DNA of 43,689 nucleotides, the filler included, from Catajapyx aquilonaris (Eukaryota): the NCBI GenBank assembly GCA_000934665.2. It is 2 parts of 2 records of this genome, joined end to end, with 100 filler letters (N's around TTAATTAATTAA, not from the genome) between each part and the next. Parts side by side here need not be neighbours in the genome. Positions count along the whole stretch, not along the records: positions 1 to 21,775 come from JYFJ02005979.1; 1 more part is not named here. One strand, written 5' to 3'. Numbering within the stretch: the stretch's first letter is position 1; the number at the start of each line of letters is the position of its first letter. The notes under the pieces are model-generated. The model searched no databases and was not told where the DNA came from. It saw only the letters and a program-made list of their open reading frames with translations. Both the position numbers and the translations under genes were made by a program. This document shows positions 1 through 10,875 of this stretch, in pieces.

Positions 1-600
1 GCGCCCCACTGGCGGCGGAGGATGGAACTAAATCGCACGGACAGCTTTCGGGGCAGCCGCTAGAGGGGAGTTTCCAGTCCATCTCTTTTCGTCCGTGGTT
101 TGAACCTTCGAACCAGTTAGGATCAGCCAATTGGAGGCCAGTATGACCGAAAGGGTTTAAATCTCCGTCGGTAAAGCCGGTCATGGCAATGTAACTGCCA
201 TACTATTAATTTTAAGTGCATTTTTAATTGATTATTAAATTATAACTAATTTAAATCATATTCTACGCCTGCTTTGATATTTTGAAGCAATTTAAATGGA
301 ATAAAACTATAAAAGGTTGAGAGTCGTGGATGGTCGGTTGGGAGCAGTAAACACCGACAGAGCGGACAAAATGGCGGACGGGTTGGCTTGGTTCATGGCT
401 TGGTTGGATTAGACCTCGACTGATAAGCCTTCCGGATCCTGTAGGGATGATTCTCGTGGACCAAGCGGTCCAGGAGAAGGAGGAGGGAAGCTGTGGGGTC
501 CTGCAGGATCGCCAAGAAAAAAAGGTTCGACTACAAACTAGTATATAGCGGGTGAATGTGACTTCGGCCCGATTTTGTGGTGAGGTCGGCCCGACGAAGT
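1..600 (+). promoter_or_regulatory. CpG-rich promoter/5' UTR region with YY1-type motif CAAAATGGCGG (367-377)
   Basis: CpGs are abundant here but scarce in the following gene body. The CAAAATGGCGG motif is typical of housekeeping-gene start regions. It lies just upstream of the spliced ORF at 727. Confidence 0.5.
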
Positions 601-726
601 GTGCTACCTGGGTACAGTGAATAACAATAATGTCAAGCTGACAGTTTCAGACCAAGTCGATGCTATAGTGATTGAGAGATTATAATAATTGTTGTTTCCA
701 AACTGTGTTCTTTGGATGAGGGCTTG

Positions 727-912
727 ATGGACTCGTGCAATGAACAAAGCAGGATGGGGTCCACTAGTAATTTTTCTTACACGCAGACTTCCCATTCAAA
801 TATGAAGTGTAATTTTCCTGCGGTGGGTGACCGCCGCCGCCACCGCCACCACCACCGCCACCACCACCCCCACCACCACCATCAGCCTCGCTCCTCATCA
901 AGATCGTACCAG
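727..912 (+). CDS. Exon 1 of Arg/Ser/His-rich orphan gene (MDSCNEQ...RRRHRHHH...RSSSRSYQ)
   Basis: ATG at 727 and a strong donor CAG|GTAAGC at 912/913, phase 0. Confidence 0.55.
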
Positions 913-987
913 GTAAGCTCGAGTGATGATGATGATAATTTGAGATGTTGAAGAAATAGCACATTTCTGATCATGCAGTGTTTGCAG

Positions 988-1097
988 GAGAAGACTCACC
1001 ACCCAAGACTGGATTGGAAATATGAGCAAGAAAGGAAGAGGCGGAAGGATTTGCAGAGGAACTTACTTATAAAGAGAAGAGTTCTGCAATTACTGAG
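988..1097 (+). CDS. Exon 2 of RS-rich orphan gene (EKTHHPRLDWKYEQERKRRKDLQRNLLIKRRVLQLL)
   Basis: Acceptor TTTGCAG|GAG and donor GAG|GTCAGT. Open in frame with exon 1 across a 75-nt intron; ends in phase 2. Confidence 0.55.
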
Positions 1098-1731
1098 GTC
1101 AGTGTGTTGTTTGAATAGTCTAGTATACCAAACTTTATGAAGTAAACAGGGTACACATTGAGATAAGAGCCACACTGTGATCTCAGATTGACTTGGATGA
1201 CTGTAATTTATTGAGCATGAAATTATGCATAGAAAAATCCATCTTGCAAAATGAAGGTGTAACTACCTGGAGATCTATGATCATTATTATAATAGTACAT
1301 TGAAACCTGTTTGCAGGTGATTCATGTTGCTTTGTGCCTCAAAAGCTTTCAAAGTAAAAGTCTGGTTTCTGTTAGAAAAAATAGTTTTAGTCCCTTTTTT
1401 GAGTCAGTGATTAGCCTTACTCTCACATCTCACTCTGACTCACCAAATATTCAGCTGCATTCTTGCAATGCATGAAGTACAAAATGTACATTTTAATTTT
1501 TTTCTTCAAAGGATGCTATTTTTCATAGAGATATGAGCAAGATTAGTTCTTGTGGCCCATACTGGCATACTTTTTAGTATTAGAAGCATTTGCTGCATTG
1601 TTTTGGATATAAAATCTCAGTTTCCAATTATATCATTATCATAGCATGGTCACATAGGAAATCACAGTGTAAGTTGTAATGTATGTGTACTGACTAATTA
1701 CCATTGGTGGCATTGTTCCTATCAAATGTAG

Positions 1732-1869
1732 AGAGGAGGTGCGGAAAGCAAAAGAGCAAAACTGGATTGCCCAAGAGAAGGCAAAATGTGAAAGGCAACG
1801 ACAGAGGAGAGAGAGAGAAAAGCTGGTTCATGAGAAAGAAGTGCTACGCAGATGGAGATAGCAGCTCAG
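1732..1869 (+). pseudogene. Exon 3 of RS-rich gene: charged helical segment EEVRKAKEQNWIAQEKAKCERQRQRREREKLVHEKEVLRRWR* with in-frame TAG at 1859-1861
   Basis: Acceptor TGTAG|A is phase 2 and matches exon 2. Purine-rich and coding-like. A weak donor CAG|GTTAAA at 1869 would make a symmetric 138-nt exon. Confidence 0.45.
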
Positions 1870-2001
1870 GTTAAAACTTGTTCTTCAGATTCATGTCCTT
1901 CCCAATGCCTGTTTGAAAGCAGGTTTATGATATCTGTGCCTGTTAGAAAGCAATGACAGCATCATATATGGCGTAATTCATTCTTTGTTCAACTCTTCCA
2001 C

Positions 2002-3941
2002 CAGGGTTGTGAACCGAACCGAACCTTGCTCCACGAACCCTCTAACAGCTGAGCCACTCCCGCGGAGTAGAGCCGGGTTCGGAGAGAGCGTCAGAGCTTG
2101 GTTCGGAGTCGAGCTGGTTCGGAGGGAGGGTGGACCCAAGGTTGGAGAGGGTTCGGAGTTAGGTTGGGAGCTTGCCAGCTTGGTTCGGCATTTGGTTCGG
2201 GCCAACGCCTCCGGAGTTGAACCCGGTTTGGAGGGAGGTTCGGAGCTTAGTTCGGACCAACATAACAACTCAATGGGGGGAAAGGCATAAAAACCACTGG
2301 ATTTACTCCAGCGTATGCGTCATGTTTTCATGGTGGCAGAATGACATTTACAAGCTGGTTTGATTTTTGTACCCGCGATACAGGATGTACCGGAAAATCA
2401 TGTGCAAAACTAATAGATTCTTCATTGCATACCTTCTGAGTGGGTGAAAATTGTCCTTTCCTATATATTTCGGTGGTTGCAGATTGCGCTTTTGAAGCCA
2501 TTTTGATTTTGAACACACGATACAGTGTGTACCGCAAAAACATACTCGAAAGTAACGGCATCCGAACTGAACCACTTAAGTAGGTGCAATGTTTCCTTCT
2601 GTCAGTTGTAAGTTGAAGTTCCCAGCTTTCGTAGCTTGACAGCGCCATTAGATTTTAGCAAGATTTTAGTCATTAACAGGCATAAATCTTCTTCAGGCAT
2701 CCAAGAGTTTGAATATCACGCCAAGTACAGTATTGTACATATGGGTGATGTGTGTGTGAGTGTGAGTGTGTGTGACTGGCATTATTCAGCTACACTGTGC
2801 AGCTACTTAGGTGCCCGAAACACCTTCAGTTACATATGTGGAGCCTGAGCGGCTCCAATGGTATATTTAAATCTCTGCTTTATCAGCTAAATTGTTATAT
2901 TGGTCTTTTCATATACAGAAATTGCAGTTCAGATAATTAGGCTTAAGAAAACGTAAATATAACATTAGTGACAAATTCACGACAGGGGGAAAAATTTCAA
3001 CTAACAAAGTTACATCACGTTTAAATAGTGGCTGGAACCGCTCAGCAGGCTCCACCTAAGTAGGTAAGGGTTAAAAAAGCATCACAGGTGAGTCTTATCT
3101 CATGGAACATCAATTTTAATGCTCTTGTAATGCTCTTGTGATGCTCCTGATACTTTTTTGTTGCTAAAAGGCATCACAAGAGCATTTAATAGCAGAGCAT
3201 TAGAATAGCATTAAAAATTGATGTTCCACGAGAGACTCACCTGTGATGCTCTTTTAATGTTTTACAGTTTACAGTGTAGCTGAATAATGCCAGTCACACA
3301 CACTCACACATGCACACAAGTATGTATACAACATTGTATGTACTTGGCGTGATATTCAAACTCTTGGATGCCTGAAGAAGATTTATGCCTGTTAATGACT
3401 AAAATCTAATGGCGCATTACGCAGTGCAAAATTACGCAACTGTCTGTCAAGCTACGAAACCCGGGAACTTGAACTTACAACTGACAAAAGGAAACATTGC
3501 ACCTACTTAAGTGGCTTAGTTCGGATGCCGCTACTTTCGAGTATGATTTTGCGGTACACCCTGTATCGCGGGTTCAAAAATCAAACCAGCTTGTAAATGT
3601 CATTCTGCCACCAAAAAACATGAGGCATAAGCTGGAGTAAACACAGCCGTTTTTATGCCTTTCCCCCCGTTGCGTTGGTATGTTGGTCCGAACCAAGCTC
3701 TGAACCTCCCTCCAAACCGGGTTCAACTCCAGAGGCATTGGCCCGAACCAAATGCTGAACCAAGCTGGAAAGCTCCCAACCAAACTCCGAACCCGATCCG
3801 ACCTTGGGTCCACCCTGCCTCCGAACCGGCTCGACTCCGAACCACGTTCTGATGCTCTCTCCGAACCTGGCGCTACTCTTCGGGAGTGGCTCCACTGTTA
3901 GCGGGTTCGTGGAGCAAGGTTCGGATCGGTTCACAACCCTG
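2002..3941. mobile_element. Non-autonomous hAT-like foldback element with very long inverted arms (2002-2798 / 3271-3941)
   Basis: Termini CAGGGTTGTGAACCG...CGGTTCACAACCCTG. 8-bp TSD TCTTCCAC/TATTCCAC (7/8). Iterated GTTCGG/CCGAAC subterminal motifs; mirror-image ORFs in the track. Confidence 0.85.
3075..3253. mobile_element. Small TTAA-flanked hairpin MITE nested in the foldback spacer, next to a piggyBac-like end (AAGGG|TTAA at 3066-3074)
   Basis: AGCATCACAGGTGAGTCT...AGACTCACCTGTGATGCT inverted repeat, with TTAA on both sides. Confidence 0.6.
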
Positions 3942-3961
3942 TATTCCACAGATTCACTGTA

Positions 3962-4617
3962 CCCGTCAAACGGGGTGACGTTGGCTGCCAGGGTGAACGG
4001 CCACAATTCCAAAAATGTCATTAATGAATATTTAAGGTAACACCTGTTATAAAAATGAGACTTTCAATCACATCATGCCATTACGGTAGCGTTTACCATG
4101 TTGTACACCAAAAAATTCACCTGTGCCGCCATAGGTGAGCAAAGAAATAAAATTAATGTTAATGCCCCATGAAACCACCCAATTTTCATAGTGTGCAAAC
4201 TTTATTTTGAAAATCAAGAAATTGAGAAGCAATGGTATTGTCCATTTTTAAGAGATGAAGGTGAACTTTTCCAGTGGTCGTAATATTTATTACAGCTTAT
4301 GAATATCATTCCTTAAAAACACATAAAAAATTCCTAACAGAACTCATTTCCCACAGTGCATTTGTAATGGGAAAATTAGATAGCCAAGTCCATCCCCATC
4401 GCCATCGGGAGGGGTGGACTTGGCCATGACGTCATAAATTTTCCTACACACCATTTTGAACAGAAAAAATTTCTTTGTACTTGCCCTTTTGGCCAGCGTG
4501 GTCTAACACCTAAATAAACACCTAATAAAAAAATTTCACAGAATTTGTGGATTAATATCATCACACTTATATCTTTGTAAAACAGAAATTTTGGACTAAG
4601 TTCACCCTGTTTGACGG
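3962..4617. mobile_element. Tc1/mariner-superfamily (pogo-like) MITE
   Basis: TIRs CCGTCAAACGGGGTGA / TCACCCTGTTTGACGG with TA flanks. Confidence 0.7.
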
Positions 4618-4762
4618 TATTTAAAATTGTACATTAATGACATTAATTGTTAAATGGTTGCAAACAATATTTATAACCAGGAGAAAAGATACCCGTAATT
4701 TTTATACCGTAAGTAGTGCAATCTACCCCAAAAGTCTACCAGTGTTCAACTATATTATAGTT

Positions 4763-5100
4763 TTTTTATAGTACCCCGTGATTACAGGTTCTTTTAGGGG
4801 GGTGGTACACCACCATTTTTCATCAATTTTCTCAGTTAACTTCACTCCGGTGCGGTGCAGGGAAACAAGGACATTGGGTAAGGATAGGGATTTTTGGGGA
4901 GGGAACATAGGTGCTAGTGCAATGTCGGTAAAGGGGTCATGTGCTGTTCCCCAGGAGGTTAGGTTGCCAGACACCTCCAAGGTGCAGGTCTGAGACCCTC
5001 CTGACGCAGGCGAAAGGTAGCTCCCAGGCGGGGATCGAACCTGGGACCTTTCACTCAGCAAGCCGAGACGTTACCATCTTGGCCACCACACCTCCCCATA
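4763..5100 (-). mobile_element. tRNA-derived SINE, head type B
   Basis: Pol III A box TGGCCAAGATGG and B box GGTTCGATCCC on -. A-rich tail; TSD ATATTATAGTT (4752-4762/5101-5111). Homologous to 28173-28515. Confidence 0.85.
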
Positions 5101-5273
5101 ATATTATAGTTGATTTAGTCTGGGTTGCACAAATGATAGTAGAAAAATGCGGCTAATTCTCCATTGTTGGTTAATGGTTATAAGTGACTGATAACATCTG
5201 GTACCTTTAAGTCAATGATCGAACTTCAGTTGTGTGTGCAACTCTTTGTATAATTATTCAAATTTCATTTCAG

Positions 5274-5518
5274 AATGGGGGCAAATTACAGAGATAACAC
5301 AGAGCTTTCTAACATGTCACGGCCGCGTCACCAGAGAGAGCGCAGGGAAGAGAGATACGTTGGCCACTCCAGAAACTCATGGGAGTCACGGCCGCGTCAC
5401 CAGCCAGACCATAGCCAGAGTTCTGGCTGTAATTATTACAGAGCAGGATCATCACAGGGTGCATCAGTACACAATGGCGCCAAAAGTTTCGTCCATCCAG
5501 CATCAGGAAAAGTAACAG
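5274..5518 (+). CDS. Exon 4 of RS-rich gene (MGANYRDNTELSNMSRPRHQRERREER...GKVT)
   Basis: Acceptor TTCATTTCAG|A (phase 2) and donor CAG|GTAGGG (phase 1). Contains a duplicated SRPRHQ unit; overlaps ORF 5275..5874. Confidence 0.5.
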
Positions 5519-5635
5519 GTAGGGAACTAAAGAGGCATTTTGGGCTGAGCCTATGGATAGTTCCAGGTATGAGGAATACTGGAAAATATTCCTCTCCAAA
5601 GAGACATATTTCTACCACATTAAAAGCCAGCTATA

Positions 5636-6432
5636 GGGGGAAGGTGGGGCAAAGTGAAACGGAGGGCAAAGCGAAACACAGGCGTAAATTTCCGTGCGGT
5701 GTGTGCCATCTCCTGGATCTTGCTACATCTAATGATCCACATAATGATGCACATAAATTACCTGATGGCAGCAATTTTTTGAAACTACAGCGACTCAGGC
5801 AGCCATTTTTCATTTTGAGCGGTCGCGGATGTAAATTCGACCATTCACTGAATAAGCTCCTGAAGTTGGCGTAAGTCATTGTCAAAGCTATCAATTATTT
5901 TGGAGGTATGTAAGATCACTCTTCACAGCATGGTAGTTCTTAAAGTTTGATTTGATCAGCACTGTTAAAATGCCAGTAAGTTAATCGAGACCACGTGGTA
6001 TGGCCGTATGGGGCAAAGTGGAACGGGCAAAGTGGAACGCGTACCGCTATGCTCCGTATATGCAAGAAATGGTCGCACGAGGAATGCACATTGTTTGATG
6101 CCGAAATAGATGATGAGGCTGCATATATTATTTTGTGACTTATGCAAACTGTAGACTAAAGTGTAAGATGAGGGGTCTCACAAGTCAGATCAAAGGCGGC
6201 TAAAGTCCCAAAAAACACTGGTCGTAAAATTATGTGCCAAATAAAGTTTAATCGTGGCAGATAATTGGAAAAAGTCCTTAATATTACTATACATTCCCGT
6301 AGGACCTGGATCATGAGTGCGCTGGTAGCATACAAGCATCCAGGACTGATTGATCTCATTAAAGCAGAGTCGTTCCGCTTTGCCCCACTACGTGTTCCAC
6401 TTTACCCCGCAGGTGGGGCAAAGTGAAACGGG
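5636..6432. mobile_element. Partial pogo/Fot1-like non-autonomous DNA transposon
   Basis: TA|GGGGGAAGGTGGGGCAAAGTGAAAC end, with the GGGGCAAAGTG(A/G)AAC motif iterated in both orientations. The right terminus could not be found. Confidence 0.5.
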
Positions 6433-7347
6433 TTGGTGGGGGTTCAAAAATAAGGTTCTAACTCCTACGGTAATTGACGTTAGTAATTCAGGAAACAGCC
6501 TGCTTTCCTAGCGCTTCCCGTCCCCTTACCTTACTCTCCTTACGCACCCATGCGGATCTATTGTTCCTCATAGATCTAAAGCGGCTGGCCGTAGCAGAAA
6601 ATGGCCCATACCAGTCAAATTGTAGGCCTGTAATACACCTACTAGAGAGGGATATGGGTAATATATGTAGCCTATAAAAAGGTAGGTGTGATACACCTAC
6701 TGTGCAAGTTTCATGCAAATCTGACAGAGCCCACTTCATATCCCCCCCCTTGTAAGTGTGCTCTATTGGGAGTTTCCCAACAAGAACAGCAGCATTGCAG
6801 ATTTGTTAGTGAATTTAGACATTGTCTGGTGGAAAAGGTAGGCTGGCAGAGTGGGGGCCAACCATCAATCACAAACATTTGTCTGGACATATATGCACAG
6901 AGGGTGACTAGGATTTCCAAAAACCATGTCCTACTTGCATTATGGAATTTGTATGCACCATCCAAGATGGCAGCTAGTGTCCAAAGAGAGAGGAGCACAT
7001 TTTTATTTTTTGCACAGACACTTAACTCTTTCATAATTTACCTCCCGACAATCTTGCTTTAAATTAAGGGGGGAAAAGAAGTGCATGTATGTTTCATGAG
7101 GGTTAAGACCGCGGTTAAGACCTAATGCTTGGACATATTGTAACAAGGAGAGGGCATTACCAACAGCTGCAATAGAGACACCGCAGTTCTGCATGGCACA
7201 GACAATGGCAAGGGTGCTCTTGGAGAAGCTGCCCGGGCACATTCATGATCACTTGCACTTGACAGGTACAAGCTAGGACATGTCTGAAATAGTTGGAGGC
7301 ACAGGAACTGCACTAGGTTGAGAGTATAGGCATTCACAGTACATGTA

Positions 7348-7489
7348 CTATTGGGTTCAAATACTTTTGGCCACTTTATCCTGGTCTTAAAGCAACCCTT
7401 CACAACACACACATCTCCTTAACGTGGGGTTGTGCGAAGGGTTGCTTCAAGACCAGGATAAAGCGGCCAAAAGTATTTGAACCCGATAG
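7348..7489. mobile_element. 142-bp hairpin MITE
   Basis: ~55-bp inverted arms CTATTGGGTTCAAATACTTTTGGCC / GGCCAAAAGTATTTGAACCCGATAG with TA TSD. Confidence 0.8.
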
Positions 7490-7829
7490 TACAACACACT
7501 CTGTGCACTTTCAGAAGTGGTGAACAACTACTGAAAGCCTGCGTATTTAATGTGGAAGAAGGCTGCCGTGGTGGTGCTGGAATAGTGCAAGAACTAAGTG
7601 TGTTACTAATTAATTGTAGGTGACTTAATTAATGGTTTCCTCCAGACTGCTTGCAAATACCCAGCAATTTTCAGAAAGGTGTTGCTGTTTGAATGTCCAT
7701 TGAAGTACAACAGGACAGCTGCCAGATGGGATGATTCTGAGTCAATAATAATAATAATGATGCATGGCATGTGATCACCTAACCTGTGTGCCCCTACTCA
7801 GCAATGAAAGGCTGCAATAAATCAATTGA

Positions 7830-7940
7830 ACCGAAGCAGGTTGACATAGTGGATAAGGCGTCTGACTGCTAATCGGGGAGGTCCTGGGTTCGAATCCCGG
7901 GGCCGGAAACTCTGACCGTGGTTTTCTGTGGTTTCCCCCG
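7830..7940 (+). mobile_element. 5' fragment of tRNA-derived SINE, head type C
   Basis: B box GGTTCGAATCC followed by GGTTTTCTGTGGTTT. Homologous to the first 110 nt of 28540-28975. Confidence 0.75.
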
Positions 7941-8560
7941 GACGGTTTGACATGGAGCATTCTGCAGAATGCGCCATCCATTCTGCAGAATGGATGGTTT
8001 GGCACAGATCATTCTGCAGAATGGACGGTTTTTTCGCGCAATGGCCGTTTTCGGGGTTTGAGCCTAACATATATAACTAGAATAACTCCCTCGGAGTATG
8101 GCCAATGTCCTTGTCCGGTTGTCCCAAGAATCTATTGGCGCTGCATTCACCTTGAGTATTGTCCACGACGAGCCTCTTAAAACTAGTGAATTGGAAACTG
8201 CAAAGGTCCGGCCTGAATTTAAGTCTTAGTCTGTTATATTCCGTTAAATGGCTTTATCGTTAGCTTTAACTTCAGTGGGATCAAAGTTGGTTAGATGAAT
8301 TCCATCCCATTTTTTGACTCGAGACAAGGCCACATACGCTTCACCACAACAGAAAAGTGACGATCCAATGCCCATAATGTCTAAGCTCAAAACCTGGCTC
8401 TTATGAATCGTGATGCCGTAAGCTATTGTTCAGGGGAACTTTTTCCTATGGATGAATGCGTTTGCCATAATTTGAAATTTGCTCTTGATCGGTTTTAACC
8501 AGTATTAACTCTTGACCAATTGAAAATTCAATTCTTACGGATTTAATTTTTTGTGGCTAA
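7941..8560 (-). mobile_element. Helitron/Helentron relic: C-terminal PIF1-family helicase pseudo-ORF (~8205-8500) plus a palindromic end
   Basis: The minus strand translates to FP*TIAYGITIHKSQVLSLD...GEAYVALSRVKKWDGIHLTNFDP...EYNRLR (PIF1 motifs V/VI) with stops and frameshifts. Three CATTCTGCAGAATG palindromes lie at 7958-8023. Confidence 0.8.
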
Positions 8561-9373
8561 TCGGGGTGGTATGTAACACTGAGTACAGAGCCAACTGCAC
8601 CGTTAACCAAGCCAACTAGAACAGAGAGTGAGAGAAAGACACGTCTAGCCTCTGGAATTCTCTTTGCAACAATGTCAATACATTGGTACTATGGAGACCA
8701 TATATCATGTATTGGCATTGTTGCATTTTTTTTGAATTTTTTTCGTATTTGAATGGCTGAAGTCTGGACCCAAGATGGGCGACTCACGGTGTTAGACTTT
8801 TCCTGGGGGTTTCAATGAGGGCAAATTTTTGTAGAAAATTTGGGATCTGCACGATAACTGGAACTGGCCAATCTTTTTGATTATCGCCATCCCTATAATA
8901 TATGAATCAGACAAAAAAATGCCAATTTGGGCCCTCTCCTGGCGTGGACCCAGTGGTCCAAATTTCACGACAATTTATTTGTAGGGTCCCTGGGTGTGCC
9001 CCATTGCCGCATTAAAATTTGAGCCTTGCAGCATTTCCCTGTGCCGAACTAGAAAATGCCGAAATGTAGAGAGCGAGTGAGCTGGAGTAAAGGATGCACG
9101 GCAGCGCGAGACGTAAGAGTAAAGGAGGGAAGGGGCGAATGGTCTGGGTCAGTGGCGGTGGAAGTGGCTTAGACTTGGCGGGATGCACTGCCGTGCATCT
9201 TGATATATAATACAGTACAATGTGCATTTTGTAATTATGCATGGGGGTGTGTGGTGGGTGGGGAGAGAACTAAACTGAAGTATATCAGACTAGGTCCTGA
9301 CATTCTAGTCCTGGTTTCCTTTTTCCAAACTCAAGCTGGTCATATCCATACCTTTCCCATACGTACTTTTCAG

Positions 9374-9444
9374 TTCAGTCAAGAAGACCACGTGAAAGGC
9401 AGCAGCATAGGAGATACCAGTGCCAACTCCAGTGCAGAACATAA
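9374..9444 (+). CDS. Candidate exon 5 of RS-rich gene (VQSRRPRERQQHRRYQCQLQCRT*), with degenerate RS-like sequence continuing past the TAA
   Basis: Acceptor CTTTTCAG| read in phase 1 after exon 4. The composition matches the other exons. Confidence 0.35.
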
Positions 9445-9600
9445 TCCAGATACAGAAAATGCACCTGGTCCTGCTCCAGCAGATGTGCTTACACACCTGC
9501 TGCCGATGCAGAAAAGGTTTCTGCGGGTCCACTGTGTCACACCGGTCAGTGAATCCTGTCACAATGCTTGTTGCCATTATAATATATTATCCACCCTATA

Positions 9601-9905
9601 TAGGGGAGACGGAGTGGCGCCGCGGATGTTAAGGTCCCGGGTTCGATCCCAGCCCGGGGACACCCCCTTCATCTCGTGCAGAGGTCGGTCACCTCTGGCT
9701 TCGTCTCGGGTGGTATTTCCTACAGACTAAACCACCCGGGGGAGCTCACTAAAAATGGCCACACGTCAGATGCACTGCACTTGCACATCCCCTCCTGTCA
9801 TCCTGCCCGTGGGCCCGGGCGATACGTATAAAGGCTCCAATGTATACAACAAATAAAGGTCCATGTGATAAACCCTGATAGGGTGAAAGCATTACCCAAA
9901 ACAAT
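9601..9905 (+). mobile_element. tRNA-derived SINE, head type A
   Basis: A box TGGCGCCGCGG and B box GGTTCGATCCC. 16-bp TSD TATTATCCACCCTATA. Homologous to 17274-17641. Confidence 0.85.
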
Positions 9906-10875
9906 TATTATCCACCCTATAGAGGTAGAAGCAAAATACATAGGAAGATAGGAATTTTGGTTTGCACATCCACCTCTACAAGTTGCAGTTATTGTTTCAC
10001 TTCAGCAATGAGGCAGAACAGCACATCTAAGAATAATTCCGCTGGGTTCTTCTGTTCCTATGGACCCATTGACCTGGCAAAATTTCAAGTGATTGCTGTA
10101 CTTTCCATTAGTGATATAGCATTTTCCATTCTCTTCGCTTGCCCTTGATCTCTAAGAGACTGTTGCTCACCTCTTCTTTGTCCTTCACTGCTATCACTCT
10201 TCTTTCCTCTCCTACACTTCTTCTCCAATAATTTGCTTTAGCCTCTATTGCCCCTTCCATGTCATTTGCTCCATTGCACCAAATTAATTAGTATTATGCA
10301 TGATATATTTTCTTCCCGGTCACCCAGCCCTGTAATATTCAAGTGTCAGTATCAGCATTTGTCTTCGTTACTCATGCCACTTGGGCTTCGTCTTCTGCGA
10401 ACTTGAAATTGAGTCAGAAAGTAGCCCACATTTTTTCCTCTCCTGCCTACCTCAGCTTGGCTTGTCTTCTTGCAATCACTTCCTCAATCTCTTTCTAATA
10501 TCCCCGACATAAAATTCCACACTTATATTTTAATATTTCATAAAGGAAAGACTGATTCTGTGATAAAATAATCTCAAAACCTAGTATAGGCTAGTGTATT
10601 CTTGATAAATGAGATACAGATTGATGAAAAGTGGTATTTTTGCTTTCATTTAGTGTCTTTCAACATCCTTGCAGTTACTTCTAAAGTCATAACTGACATG
10701 AAATAAATGTCAACGACTAATCTGGAAACCCTCCATAATGGTCAACATCGGGCACTGGGGAATGTAAAAATGTAAAATGGACAGACTTTCGTAACCTTCT
10801 TCATGAGCTATGGAATGCTTTCAAGAACTTTCAGGGCTGACCCGGCTATGGAATGCATAAAATTATATAGTATAA

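Noticed and set aside
764..964. Poly-Gly ORF on the minus strand
   Set aside because: It is the antisense reading of the CAC/CGC repeat; the splice signals support the + strand.
3361..3415. Hammerhead ribozyme (CTGAAGA followed by a stem)
   Set aside because: There is no GAAA core after the stem; the CTGAGGA at ~17843 fails in the same way.
1978..4040. Paired ~100-120 aa ORFs that look like a duplicated gene
   Set aside because: They are mirror translations of GC-rich foldback arms, with no recognisable domain.
7958..8023. CRISPR-like spaced palindromic repeats
   Set aside because: Only three 14-nt repeats with short uneven spacers, in a eukaryotic context with no cas genes; better explained as a Helentron end.
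10108..10510. Purine-rich minus-strand segments with donor-like GTGAGC/GTAGGC sites
   Set aside because: The frames are short and I could not build a consistent exon chain or recognise a domain.
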